A stretch of 64,000 nucleotides of DNA, filler included, from Basidioascus undulatus (GCA_000826855.1; 14 parts of 14 records of this genome joined end to end with filler, not necessarily neighbours in it), one strand, 5' to 3'; positions 24,792 through 40,031 are shown, numbered from the whole stretch's first letter. Notes: generated by a model from the letters alone, not told the origin. Numbers and translations: made by a program.

Positions 24792-26679
24792 TTAGGCCCA
24801 GCCGAGGTACCTGAAGGAAGAAAGTATCAGATGGTCATGAATTGGTGCATCACGGGCAAGGGAGGGGTGTAGAACAGGACGCACTTGCGTCCGAGGTCTG
24901 TCAGCCAGGTGCCGGTCTCGCCGAGCAAGCGGTTAGTCGGGTTGACGTTGTCTGAATGGCGGAGAACCCCTTTGAGTCATCCAGAGCGTCGAAAGGCGCG
25001 AAAATTTCGAGATGCTTACACATGTCCGTGAGGGCACCGAAGTAGGCGTAACGCTCGACCCAGTCGACGGACTCCACTGCGGACGGGGAGAATAGTGAGC
25101 TAAAGCTCAGCAATACGTTCGGGTGCGGATGCTTGATACACGTACTGAAGTTGATGACGGTAGTCAAGAAAGCTGTCGATGTCAACAGCCGTCAGAGGCC
25201 GCAGCGCAACAATCTACGGCATCGGCGCGACTCACCGTCAGTCTTCTCCTGCGCGCACTGCTCGCCGCCAGAGAAGTTAACAGTCAGACTAAAGGCGAAG
25301 GCACAGAATTGGCCCGATACATACCAAGCAAACTCGGTAACCCAAATCGGCTTGCCGAACTCGTCGTGCCAACGCTGCAAGTACGCGGTCATCTCGGAGG
25401 CCTCAGTACCGTACCAGTCTAAACGCGAAATTGGACAGTACAGTCCGAGTAGATCTGGCTCTGCTCCGACGGCTTTCACGTACGAATGGCGATAACGTCT
25501 GCGCTCCGCTCGCGTCAGTAAGTGGGGAGTTGCCTTTGGGGAGGAGACTGTAACTGAAAGCGACGGACCGGGGTTCGTGCCGGCGTTGATGAAGTCGCGC
25601 ATCCACTGGTCGGCGGACGGGGCGGACGTGCACGCGGGGCTGACGAGGCGGAAGCCCTCCGAGCGAAGAGGCGACAGGTGCTGGAACCAGAGCTGGGCTG
25701 CGTCTTGCGGGCTCTGGTTGCCCTGGGTGTGCTCATTCGGCCTGTGATGGGATAAGGTACCGTGTAAAAATTATGGTCAAAGTAATATATCATTCGAAGC
25801 GCTGACTCGTTCATGCCGAGGACGTGGGTGACGCCGAGGCCTTTCCAGGTGGGCTTCTGCTGGTTGCTGTTCACCGACAACGACGGTAAGCACAGGCTAA
25901 TCATTTCCAAGGGGGATCTTTGCTCACAAGTCGCCAACCTGCTTCCATCCCCACTGCACAAACATGCAAGATCAGAGACGCTTTACATTGACAGGAATTG
26001 CAGGGGCGTACGAGCATGGGCACAAACTCGAAGCCGGCAGCGTGCTGCTTGTTCCACTGCACGACACCAACATTATTTTTCAGCCGCTTTTGTTGGGAAT
26101 AGCCAAAAAAGGAAAACAATTTACAGGGGACCAACTGTAGTACTAAATTTCGGAAGAAAAAAGTGAGGGGAGAAGGAAAGTTGCGAGAGAGAGGAAGCGC
26201 GTACCCAGCCGACACGACCCCCCGAGAACAAGCCCATGTCGACCCAATCGCCGTTGTTCCCTTTGAAAGAAGCATTAGACCATCTGTCGCATTATTCCAG
26301 GTCAATTTACTTACAGCCAAGGCCAGCTATCCCCACCCGTTTCTCGCTCAAGGACCAGTCATGCCATCCCGTCCTCTACGGAAGTGACACTCACCCTTGC
26401 GACCGCCGCTGTTCGCCGGGGCAGCCGGGACCGACGCAGGCGCCGGGGTGTTGGACTGCGCCGGCGCCGCCGCGGTCGACTCTGAGCCAAGCGAGGCTTG
26501 CAGGCGCCGCCGCGCTTGCTGCCCTTCATGCGGCTCTGCTTGGCCCGGTGCCGCTTGACGGCGTGTGCGTGGTGCCCGCCATCAGGCGATGCGAGGGCGG
26601 TGGTGCTGCCGGGGAGGGCAGCGAGGAGGACGGTCGAAACGAGGGGGAGGGAAGCCCCGAGAAGGGTAGAGAAACGCAT
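24792..26679 (-). CDS. GH128 beta-1,3-glucanase-like secreted protein, apparent frameshift in exon 1
   Basis: Signal peptide; EFVPML, HVLGMNE|P, KPIWVTEFA, WVERYAYFG motifs; many introns and micro-exons. Confidence 0.85.
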
Positions 26680-26789
26680 GTTGCGCTTTNNNNNNNNNNN
26701 NNNNNNNNNNNNNNNNNNNNNNNNNNNNNNNNNTTAATTAATTAANNNNNNNNNNNNNNNNNNNNNNNNNNNNNNNNNNNNNNNNNNNN

Positions 26790-28806
<2,017 letters not shown>

Positions 28807-29830
28807 AGAGGTGCAGAGCGGGGACGATCGGAGGACGGGAGGCTCGCGCCGAAAAGCGATTAACGCGAGGAGCCGATAAGCTCCCGACGATTAATTAACT
28901 GAGTATACGACAGTGAGTGCGGCAGGTGTGGGGCTGCGGCGGGGGAGGTGGTGGTGCCAGAGGGCGAAGGCGAGAAGGCGAAGGGTCAAGAAGCAAGCAA
29001 GCGGGCTGCGTCCAGGAAGACGAGACGAGCGGCTCCTGCGCCGCTTCCGAACCCGACGCGCATTCGAGCGGCATATTAATGCCGATCGCGACACTGGCTC
29101 GGCTAAGATCGACGCTCTATAATAGCGGCCGATTAGATAGCCTGTGCTCACACTTGGGTATGAAAAGTCGGACTACAAAATATGCCGGTCTGACCATGTA
29201 TGTGCGAGGTGGACAGATTGCTCGAGAGGTCCAGGAGTCGTGAAGATGCAGTTCACGGCACTGGTGCTCCCGCCCCAGCTGCTTACTGATGGATCTCCCG
29301 TTTCGTATGGACATTGGCTTCAAAGACTTGTGGGAAAAGAGGTGGACTATATTTGGTGGAGAACGCCAATGTTGAGCGGTCTCGGAGGGGGGAGATCTTC
29401 TTCAGCCAGCGAGTGCGCCCACATCAATATCAACGGCTGTATGACCATGGTGAAGGGCAGTACGCATCTCATTCAGGCTATTTCACACCCTAAGGTACCT
29501 TTCAAAGGATCCCGTTCGCATTTCTAATCCATGAGGCCAGACAAGGATGCTTCACCACCGTCGCAGCTGTGATCCCGGCTGTGTTGCACTGCCTCCCGAT
29601 AGGGCTGTCTAGCTGTCTTCCATCAAGCTTTCACAATGCTGTAGATCGAAACAAGAGCATTATGCGAAACCACAAGGCCTCACAAGGCAACAAGAGCACC
29701 TTGGAAAGATAGTACCCAAAGGGAAAAGCTAACAGGGAGCAAACACGTCCCGAAGCTCAGGCTCAGTCGCACCCCTCCGTCCGTCGCAGTGACACGAATT
29801 TTCCTTTATGTTTGAAACCACTGCATCTTA

Positions 29831-30844
29831 CTATTGTCCAGCCCATCGACAATGCCCTCTAAATTGTTCAGATAGCCTAAACCACGTTTCTTCTCGCCTA
29901 TCTTCCTCCACCGTTTCAGTGTTGGACAGAACCACCGTCGGGTCGTCTACCATCGTGTGCAGTTGGTAGAATCCGATCTGCAGAAGGGTAGTGAGCCTCA
30001 GGGCCCTTTACCCTCATACAGTCATGGGTCAGAGCCAGAGGTACACTCAAGCTCGAAATGACTTTGAACAGTCTCCAAAGTCGCAAAAACACCAGAAGCG
30101 ACGCGACGTCGTATGCTCGTTTCTGTTGTTACCCCCGCTCATGCCATTCAGCAGCAGAGCCCCTATTCAAAATGTCTCGACTTCACTCACTGCGAAAACC
30201 AGCCCGAAAACCAGTCCGAGAACCAGCAGGACCGCATCGAAGACGTGCCACCCCGCGCCCTCGATCGTCGTCCAGTACGCGAAGCCAAACGCAATCTGGG
30301 GACAGTCTCCAGTCAGATTGCAGGGAATGGAGTGGCAAGGGTGAAAAGATGACTTGCAAAGAGCAGGGGCAGCTCTATCAGGAACAGGATGGAGAGCCAA
30401 AAGGAGACGTTGCGGAAGAGCTCAACCCAAGGCGGCGCTGTTGCCGGCTGCGGTGGACAGGGGACGCGGAGGTAAAGGTATCTGAAGGGATGAAAAAGCG
30501 TTCCCATTAATGAACGAAACAAATAAGCATCCAGAATGAGTAGCAAGATGACCGACGCGAGGTCCAAGAACGAGATGACCACGTCTAACCCGATCTACCT
30601 CCCTGACCCCTTCTCCATTTCACCCTTCCTCCAACACCCCCGTCCTCCAGAGCCCACTACTCACAAGAAAGAGGATGATCCTGTCGGCCCATGGATTACG
30701 GAACGCGTCTGCCATGCGCCGTGAGAATCGCTCCCAGCGCGTCTGCAGCTTTCGCCAGAAGGTCGGCTTGGACTTCGCGCCGTATATTTGCGGGAGGGAT
30801 TCATAGGAGGATTCGGAGCCTCGGTGCTGCTGTGTGTGCTGCAT
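29831..30844 (-). CDS. Voltage-gated proton channel (Hv1-like, stand-alone voltage-sensor domain)
   Basis: Four TM segments after splicing: S1 IGLDVV (Asp), S2 FLIE, S3 HVFDA, S4 LLVFLRLWRLFK; no pore domain. Confidence 0.8.
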
Positions 30845-31987
30845 GTCTAAGAGAAGGGGAAGGCGGTGCGCAGAAGTGTTTGTTACGGGTACAACAACGC
30901 AAGGGAGAAGCGGTAGAGGATGAGCACACTCTTTCTTGTCTGTCTTCTCCGCACGCACATAGGTAGTGATGAAGAGCTGCACTGCTGGCGAAAGAGAGCT
31001 CAAAGGATAAGTAAAAAAATATAAACAGCAAGAAATGCGCGCAAGGACCGCAGGCCAGGAAGCAAAAAGCAAATGACCACTGCAGGGCTCGATCCTGCGA
31101 CATTTTGCGTGTTAAGCAAACACTCTACCAACTGAGTTAAGCGNNNNNNNNNNNNNNNNNNNNNNNNNNNNNNNNNNNNNNNNNNNNTTAATTAATTAAN
31201 NNNNNNNNNNNNNNNNNNNNNNNNNNNNNNNNNNNNNNNNNNNGGGGGGGGGGGACGAATGAAGGGAAACGGAGGACGCGCCGCTCGCGCGTCTCCTCAT
31301 TCCGCCCACGCGACTTTGGGTTTCGCAGCCTGTCCGCCCCCTTCAAGCGAGCGTCTTCCTTCTTCTGCTCGCTGTTTTCCGCGCCACATGCGCACACAAG
31401 CATAAGTCCAGGAAAAACGAGGGCAATCAATGCGTCAAGGAGGCTACGTGCGCCGGCGGTGCGGACCACAAACAAGCGTGAGGGGGCATGCGAGGTGTGG
31501 GATGTGAAGCGTTCAAATCAAGAGAGGGCATGATGGGGATCATCGAGAGACGAGACGAGGGAAATGGGTAATCAGGATTGGGAAAGCAAGGTATGGAGTC
31601 TGTGAGGGGGGGAATGCTATGTTTCGTATGTGCGAAGGCGCTAACTAGTATGTACTACGAAGATGTAGATGAAGCAAGGCGAGACATGAGGAGACAACGA
31701 CGTGCTGACTAGAGAGCGAGAGCGGAGGCGATCATGCATGATGAGAGGACGCGGGCGCGGAGCATGCTGGCGGTCAAGTTTAGACATCTGTGCGGAGGTC
31801 CAAGTCAGCCACCTTGCACGGGTTGAACGAGGGGAGAAGCGGCGAGGGCGACGTACGAGGAATGGAAAAACAATAATACAATAGAGTAGAGAGCCGCTGG
31901 AGAAGGGAAGGGGCGAGCGCGACGGAGCCAGTCCTGGCTCGCAACGAAAGAATATCGAGCCGAGCCGAGGTGCGAAGACGCCTGCGC

Positions 31988-34247
31988 TCAGAGAATGCGA
32001 CTGGCGACGGGGTCGAAGTGCTTGATCGCCCAATCGCGCGCGAAGATGCTCGCCTTGAGGACTGCAGAGCGACAGGCGGCGTGAGTAAGGTGCGTGGAAG
32101 AAAAGGCGAGCAGACGAGGGACGGGATGCGGACGCACACTTCTTGTTGGCGTACTTCTTGCAAACGAACTGCTGGTCGAACTCTGGCGACGCAATCCGCT
32201 CAATCATGTACGTCGCGGGCGTGAGGAGCTGCGCCTCGGTGTGGTCCGAGTAGTAGATGAACGCGTCGTTCTGCACCAGGCCAACCAACCACGTCAGCAC
32301 TGACCGAGGGGGAGGACAAGAGCCACTGCGAGACGACATACCCAGTCACCGCCGAGCATGCGGCGCGCGACGTACATGCCGACGGCGGCGATTAGGCTCG
32401 GCGTGGCGCGGAGGAAGCGGTGGTCGAGGAGGGTGACCTCCATGAGGAACTTTGAGAGCGTGCGCGTCTGGATGTCGTAGTCGTCTGCCTTGGAGATGCG
32501 GCGGACCCACGTGTACGGCGAGCAGTACGCCGACACGTTGAACTCGAGCGTCTGCAGGAAGGAACAAAATGTCAGCCGCTGCGGGGTAGACGCGCACGAA
32601 GGACGGAAGGCGGAGACAGACCTGGAGGATGATGCGCTCGCCCTTGAGGATCTCCTCCTTCGTGTACCCGCTCTCGGTCATGTACACGAACTCGTCGACG
32701 CTGAACATCAAGCGTGCGTCAACATCGAAGCGGGAGAGAGGGTGCAGTAAGCAAGAGAAACGGACCTCGGTGCGAGAATCTCCTCGTACTTGGCGGCGAT
32801 GAACATGGCGGTGACGCCGACAAGCTGGAGCTTGACGAGGCTGACGACGCGCACGGAGAGGAAGCGGTCGATGATGTTGATCGCTATCCACAGCGTCTCG
32901 GGGAGCATGTGGTAGCGGAGGTGGACTTGGAGGAGCCAGTCGATCAGCGTCGAGCGCATCGACCTACCATAACGACGATGGGTGGTCAGCGTCGCGATAC
33001 GAAAACCGGACAACGACACAGGCACGGACCATTCGATCTCGGTTTGGAAGTCCATGTAGCGTGGGTTGGGCATCGTCGCCAGCTGCGAGGCAACGATGAA
33101 CGTGTCAGGAATCGGCGCGCCTGGGATTGGAAGGAAAGCAAAAAGACGAGACGCACCTCGAGCTCGCCCATGTACCCAAAGATCTCCTCCGCATACTCGG
33201 CCACCATCGTCGTGTCCCAAAAGTCGATCTCCTCCTGAAACTCCCTCTTGACGAGCGCGAGCGTCCGCTCGGCCTCGGCCGCCTCGTCCTCGTCCATCCG
33301 CAGCCAGTCGTCCTCGTCCATCCCGTCCTCGACGCTCTCCTCATCCCCGTCCTCCTCCTCGTCCAGCTCCGCTGCCTCGTCGCTCTCCGCCGGCTCCTCC
33401 TCCTCCGTGAGCACGTCTGGCTCGTCCAGGTCCATCCCCGTCCCCGCCCTCGCACCCGCCGCCGGCGCCTCCTCGAGGTATACCTCGAGCCGCTTCGACG
33501 CCGTCGTGACGCCCGCGGCCGGTCGGCGTCCCGGGTTGAGCTTCATCCGCGAGACGGCGGACGATGCGCCCGAGTGCACGGCGGCGCTCGCGGCGGAGGT
33601 GTTGGACGAGACGGACGAGCCCCGAGCGCGGGCGGATGGCCGCGCTTTTTGCTCCGTCGCCGACGATGCATCCTTGCCCTTCTGAAATTTTGTGCAAAAT
33701 CCAACGTCAGCATGTTAATCGTGATCGTCAGGGACCGTAATCGATGCCAAACTATCGAAAGAGTTGCTCGAGGCGACGAAGAGATGAACGAGGTCACGGA
33801 GGGTAAACATCCCTCGCCAGCACGATCGGGGTTCCCGTCCAGCCAGATATACTCCACCGTCGTCTCCGTCCCTATGCGAATAGAAACGAGACTCGCCTTC
33901 TCCTTCTCCTTATTGCTCAAGTCACCGAGGGCGGAGCGCTTGGCGCCGGCGACGATGTTGGTGCTGCTGGCCTGGGCCTTGGTGGTGTTGGCGAGGGCGG
34001 ACGCGGACACCTTTGCGCTGCGGAGGGGGCCGACAGTGCCAGCAGAGGACTTTGAGCGGAGGGTCGGCGCGGAGACGGTGTTCTCGTCGGCGGTGCGCGA
34101 GCGCGTCGCGCGGCGGGTAGCGACCGGCAGCTGGAAGAGGGTGAACAGGCGCAGGGGGGAAGGAGGGGGGCAGATGGAGGGGAATTAGCGTGCTGCTGAT
34201 GTGGAACTTGGATAATTGGACGATGTGGGACTTACGCGTTGAGCCAT
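31988..34247 (-). CDS. B-type (G2/M) cyclin
   Basis: D-box RSALGDLSN; cyclin box MRSTLIDWLLQVH...KLQLVGVTAMFIAAKYEE; RRISKADDYDIQTRTL; KKYANKK. Confidence 0.95.
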
Positions 34248-34260
34248 CTGTGTGAGTAGG

Positions 34261-35588
34261 TTAGTAGATGGTTGAAGGGGGCGAGGAGCGGGCGAGGGAG
34301 CGTCCAAGGGCGAGGGAGCGTCCAAGGGCGAGGCGAGGTGCCTTGCTGAGACGCTGAGGGATTGAGGGCGGCGCGGGCTCAGGCGTGAGGGCTGTCATGC
34401 GCAGCGCGCGGAGGGACGGGGCCGAGCGCTTCTTGTGGACCCCAGCGGGCAGGCGGCTGCTTCTGAGGTTGTAGGTCGTCGCGGAGGAGACGAGGCTGTT
34501 TCGGACGGTGAGGCCGGTGAAGACACCGGCGCCGACGCCCGTGTCGCTGTCCGAATCCGAGCGGCGCAGGGGCGGGCGCTGCGGCGGTGGGCTGTCGCTC
34601 TCGATCGAGGCGCGCGGCTGGGAGGCGACGCGCCGGTCGAACGTCGGGCGCTCGGGGCTGAGGAGCAGGCCCATCGACGTCGCGCGCCCGATGGACGCGG
34701 TGCCCAGCCCCCCGCTCAGCACGAGGCCAAGCCCGATGGTCGCACCGCTGCTGCTGCTGCTGCTGCTGCTGGACACGGACGCGGCGGGTCCGCCGCCACG
34801 CGCTTGGCCGATCGCGTGGTCCTCCGCCCAGAGGCCGAAGAAGGTGGATATCTGAGAGGAGAGGAGAAGCGAGGAGGTTCAGAATAACAGCAGGTGCAAG
34901 TTCGGGGATGGGAGAGCGTACCAGCTTAGTAGAAGCGAGGATCTCGACCGAGAACAGCCTGCGCACAAACATGTCGAGCTCGTCCTGCCTCGCGAGGTGG
35001 GTCGTGCGCGAGACGAAGATGTGCATCTTGCGCGACAAGCGCGGGAGGAGCGTGTGGAGGTTCGTCGGCCGGGCGTCCTCAGGCGAGGGCGGCGTCGCGA
35101 GCGAGGCGAACGCGCCGAGCGGAGGGGTGTGCGGGTGCACGCCGCTGACGGACGAGCTGCGCGCCATGATACTCTGCGCTGACCGCGCCGAGAGCGCCTC
35201 CCACGCGCCGAGGAGGTGCTTCTCGAGCTCGAGGAACTGAGCGACCCATCCATCTCAAACCGGTCAGCATAAGCCCTTCCGTCCCTCAAAGCAGTGTAGG
35301 AAGTAGGAAGCCACGCACGTCGTCCCACGTCCGATACACGACGTAGCTCGGCACGAGCGCGTTCCCGAGGCGGACGGGGCGTACGGGCGTAAGGTGGACA
35401 ACGAAGCACCACCGCCCACGGATCTTGTCGAAGCTCGTCACGCGGCAGGAGCGGATGGACGGCGCGAGCTGTTGCAGCGGCTGCGTCGGGACGAGGGGGA
35501 CGGACGCTTTGCGGGGGGGCTGGACGGGCAGGGATGGCGGGTAAGGAGGTGCGGTGGGAGAGGGAGTTCCGCGGGGGAGGGGAGGAGG
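34261..35588 (-). CDS. PX-domain-like protein; 5' truncated
   Basis: FLELEKHL...LLPRLSRK...RQDELDMFVRRLF...ISTFFGLW resembles a PX core; GC3-rich; low-complexity tail. Confidence 0.55.
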
Positions 35589-35688
35589 NNNNNNNNNNNN
35601 NNNNNNNNNNNNNNNNNNNNNNNNNNNNNNNNTTAATTAATTAANNNNNNNNNNNNNNNNNNNNNNNNNNNNNNNNNNNNNNNNNNNN

Positions 35689-36500
35689 CGTTCCAGGGCA
35701 AGCTGTTCGTGATTTTCTGGGCGTTGCTGGGCGTGCCAACATTAAGCAAGTCGTTTTCACTCTCCTCCTTCCTCTTCTCTTCTGCCGAGACTAACAGACT
35801 CCGCGTACGTCAACGATAAGCCATTCTCATTACTCGCACGTTCCTTGCTTCCGTCGTCTTGCTCCGCCTTCAAGCCGAGCTGATGTACACCGCTCACTTC
35901 GGTCGCAGTCCTCGCTGATGTGTGGCATAAGAAGTACAAGCATGCTCTGCGTGATGACACTTTCGTCCGCGCTATTGAGCGCGTCGATGAGGAGAGTAAA
36001 AATACGCTGCAGCAGATGCAGGAGGGTGAGCGCAGTGCGAGCCAAGATCCAAGCGAGCGTTTGATAGCGATAACAAGGCAGCTGCATAAGGCGAGCTTGA
36101 ACCTTTCCTTTCCACTTTATGATGTTACCGAAGTTGACATATTGAGAACTGTGTTTCACAGCACATTCAAGTGAGAGGATGTTCCACATAGCTGCTTTAC
36201 CTCTGACATGCCTATCGGAAACCTTCTACGCAGTTTCTCGTCGTCCACGGCCCTGAAGGTGGTCCACCCGAGGCTTTTTGCGAGCTCCTTAACCACATAA
36301 ACTGGGACGTCCTCTCGTCAGAGACGAAAGTGAGCATTCTGGACGACCAAGAAACCCGCCGAGTAAGTCCTTCTCTCCTTCCCGGACAAACTGTTTCCTC
36401 TCCATTGACGTGCTCAGCTTGATGTAACAGCATCTCTTCGTCCTTTCTTACGAGAGTACGGGGCACATAATCATTTCGCATTCGTCAGCATGAAGAATAG
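35689..36500 (+). CDS. C-terminal part of a probable TOK-type two-pore K+ channel
   Basis: GKLFVIFWALLGVPTL resembles the post-pore helix; downstream exons present but one junction unresolved. Confidence 0.45.
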
Positions 36501-38656
36501 CGTTGAGCTGACTGGATATGCAATCGATTACAGGAACCCTCGCGGCATTGGCGGAGGCTGTCCAGCAGACTTTGACAATTCAGGGGAATGCTCGCAGACG
36601 GAGCTCGGACGAGCCGGCTGTCGAGCCGTGAGAGTTGAAGGAAGAGTAGGAGGAGCGAGAGTGTGGGGAGAAAGGAGAGGTTTGAGCGTTATGTCCCTCC
36701 CGCAGCGGTTGCAATTGACGAATAGGCAACAACGAGTACCGACTGTGGTCGCTGCGTCGCGGAAGTAGCTGTGAAGCCTTATGCTGCGCTCTGCGTCATG
36801 CTCCCAAGGACTTGAAAGCGAGAAGACAGCTTCCACAAAACCAGAACAGAAACCTGCCCTGCAACTGAAACTCTTAACACTTTTCGTCATACATATCTAG
36901 TCTCTCAGAATTTTTTCGTCATCAGCAGTACTTCCTCTTCCTGAAGTACCTTTCGGTACCCCCATCCAGGGTCAGACCGGGCCCTAAGCAGAGTAAGACT
37001 TGCGAAGTATGCGGTTGTTTGCCCCAATCGCCGGCGAGCAACTAGCAGCGAGCACGCAACGCAGGATCTCTCTCGGCTTCCATTGTCAATTCCTGATATA
37101 ATGGTACAATGCTCAACCCGCCCTAAGCGTGGCTCAGACCTTTCATAAATGCGTGCACAACGCGCAGTCAGCCCTACAATGTTCCAAAGCGAGTCGGTCA
37201 GACACGGGTTACGCACTACTTATAAGTTCGAAGCGGTATCAAGGTCTTGAATATGTAAAGTGTCGTGAGACGTAATTGGATGAGGTCCTGAGAGCGGACT
37301 GCGAAACTGAGGTCCTGTTGGCAGGGGACGGGGAAAGACCCACACCCGCTCTTCCCGCTTTTGATGGTTCTCCTGAAGGTTGAGGCACGCAAGAATGACC
37401 TTCGTCCCAGCGACACGAAAGAGAGCGCGGTGCTTGCTGCGGAGTGCAGCAAATGCAAGTGTCGCATTGACGGATAGGGGCATCGTTTGCAACGGTTGCA
37501 GTGAGTTGAAGAGGATGCTCGGCGAATGTGCAAAAGATGGAAGCTGCACATGGCTTTTGGGAAGCGTGTGGCTTTCAGAGGACGGAGAATTTCGTGCTCA
37601 AGTGTAGAAAATATGTTATTCACACAAATTGAATGTTATATTGGTACTTGACATGCCCGACATGATGGATTGGAGTGCTCGGATACGAGCAGGTTAGTGG
37701 GGAGACAGGGCTGCACTTGGCGTACGTCAAAGGATTGGAGGAGGCAAGGAGCCTTGTCTGGACAGAAAAACATTCCCAAAAGAAGCAACCACGAAAAAAA
37801 AGGAAAATGTAGACTATACATAAGTGCGAAACGGGCAGGCGCACATGTAGTCGGCATCTTACCGCGGTCCCTTCCCTGCCGACCCCCGTCCTCATCTCTC
37901 CCTCTTACGACTCCCACTTGCAAACAGGCGGCCATGTCGAGCGTCCAGACTATCTACGACGAGACGCAGCGCAGCATCAGCGCGCCGCCCGCCGTGTTCA
38001 TCCTCTCCGCCGCGTCGAAGCCGCACCTATCGGGCAACTCGAGGACCACGCTTCGACGACGACTCGTTCGGGATCCACATGTCCACAACGGTGAACGTGG
38101 TGGCGATCAGCAAGGTAACCCCAAACGCCCTCTCTTCATTTGCCCTGCAAGACCTGAATCGTCCTTCACCATCCAGACGCTCTACCACTCCATCCCCGCC
38201 GCGCACCCTCCCCCACTTGACACCTCCTCGCGCATGGCATCAGCTCTGCGCTCGCGGGCCACACTCGCCCCGCGCTTGGGCACGTCTTCCTCCCGTTCTT
38301 CCTACACGATGCGCGCACGTCCTGTTCGCGCTCGTCATGCCCGACCTCGTCGCGGGCCCGCCGATGTATATCCCGATGGCGAGCGTGAATATGAAGCTCG
38401 CTAGCCTTACCGGAGCTTGGCCATCGTTTACTTCGACTTTGGGGATGGGAGGGAGGTGGACGTTGATGGGTACTGAGGGACTTGGATGCACTTTGAGGGA
38501 GTTTTATCTACGTCGAAAGTTGCTGTTTGATAGTTGTCAAACTGTCAACTGTCAAACTCGCGCGCGACCTCGACGCGTCTGCTGTCCTTCAAGCTTCATC
38601 TCTCCATCTCTCACTCCAGCCCATCCATCCTCGCTAATGCCCTCCTCCCAACCCCG

Positions 38657-40031
38657 ATGACTTCCACGACAACGACAACCTCCTCCTCCAAGACGCACCG
38701 CCGCCCGTCCCGCACGCTCGCCCTCTCCGCAGCCGCCGAGTCGTCTAAGGCGGGCACGCAGAAGACGCAGGGCGAGCAGGGCCAGACGCAGCGGCAGCGC
38801 ATCTGGGCGTGGGTCCAGAGGCCGGATAGTGCGGCGAAGTGCTGGGTGAGGGATGTGGGGGTAATGAAGAAAGGTGAGGGCGCGTGCTAGTGCGAGGCGG
38901 CTGGACGGAAGATGGGGGTGGCCGGGATGGCTGTTGGCGCACGATTCTGCTCTGGTGCTTCGGATGGGCGAGGGCGGCTCTTATACAACTGGATATGGGC
39001 CCGGGGATGCTCATTAGAACGATTCGCCCTCCCAAACAGCTTCCGAGCCAGAGCATTACCTCCTCGGCCCCTACCCACTCGCCTCCGTCCACCTCATCGG
39101 CCTCGTAGTGGGGCACACCGCAAAGGAGCGCAACGACGTGTACATCCGTGCGTCTCCTTCCTCTCTATCCCTTTTCCACCCCCTCTCCATCCCCCCTCCA
39201 TCCCCCACAACTCAGTACTCATCCTACTCCCAACAGTCGACGACGGCACCGGCGTGCTCGAGTTCTTCCACACCATCCCGCGCCCACCTCCGCCGCCGTC
39301 GCTGAAGCGCAAGTACAAGGGCAAGGGCAAGGAGAAGGAGGAACCGAAAGCGCAGGCTCTGCCTATCCGAGCGCCGCCCCTCCGCGTGGGGCAGCTCGTC
39401 AAGGTCGTCGGAAGGGTCGGGGACCACCCGCATGAGCCGGGGGTGCGGAGAGTCTATGCGGACACGATCGGTTCGCCTTCCCCACTCTACCTCCCTCTCC
39501 CTCTTTCTGAAGCGCTTATATGTATGACCCGCAGAGCCCCTGCGCGACATGAACGCCGAAACCCTGCACATCCGCGCCGTCGCCTCTCTGCACCGGGACG
39601 TCTACTCCCAACCAACTTTCACCATCCCGGACCCCCTACCCGTCCGCCCCCCGCCCGCCGAGCCCAGCGCGCCCTCCTCGTCCTCCTCGCGTCCGAGCTC
39701 GCCTTCAGGCGCAGGCGAAGGGACGAAGGTGCTAAATCCTCCCTTCCCCCTTTTTCCCGCGTGGGATGCCCATGCTGATTTAAGCTGTGGGAGGGATTCA
39801 GAGACGCAAGCTGCGCGACCCGCACAAGCTCAAGGATAAGGACCTCACGGAGCTGACGTTCCGAATTTACCTCAAGGATTACATGGACCAGGTGTGCGAG
39901 TGGGCGGAGTCCGTGCCCGCCTTTCCACCATCTTCGGCGCCTCCCTCGACATCCCCCAGCTCCAAGCCGCGCAAGTGCCTCGCGGAACCGTCCACTCCCG
40001 CAACCTCTCCCTCCTCGCAGCACCCCCCCCC
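38657..40031 (+). CDS. STN1: CST complex subunit Stn1 (OB fold); 3' truncated
   Basis: VHLIGLVVG, LDDGTGVLE, VGQLVKVVGRV, DMNAETLH, LRDPHKL...TFRIYLKDYM. Confidence 0.75.

Noticed and set aside
28891..28898. Lone TTAATTAA upstream of GEM1
   Set aside because: No Ns and only 8 bp; ordinary AT-rich promoter word
33127..34188. 353-aa plus-strand ORF
   Set aside because: Antisense shadow of the GC3-rich cyclin gene
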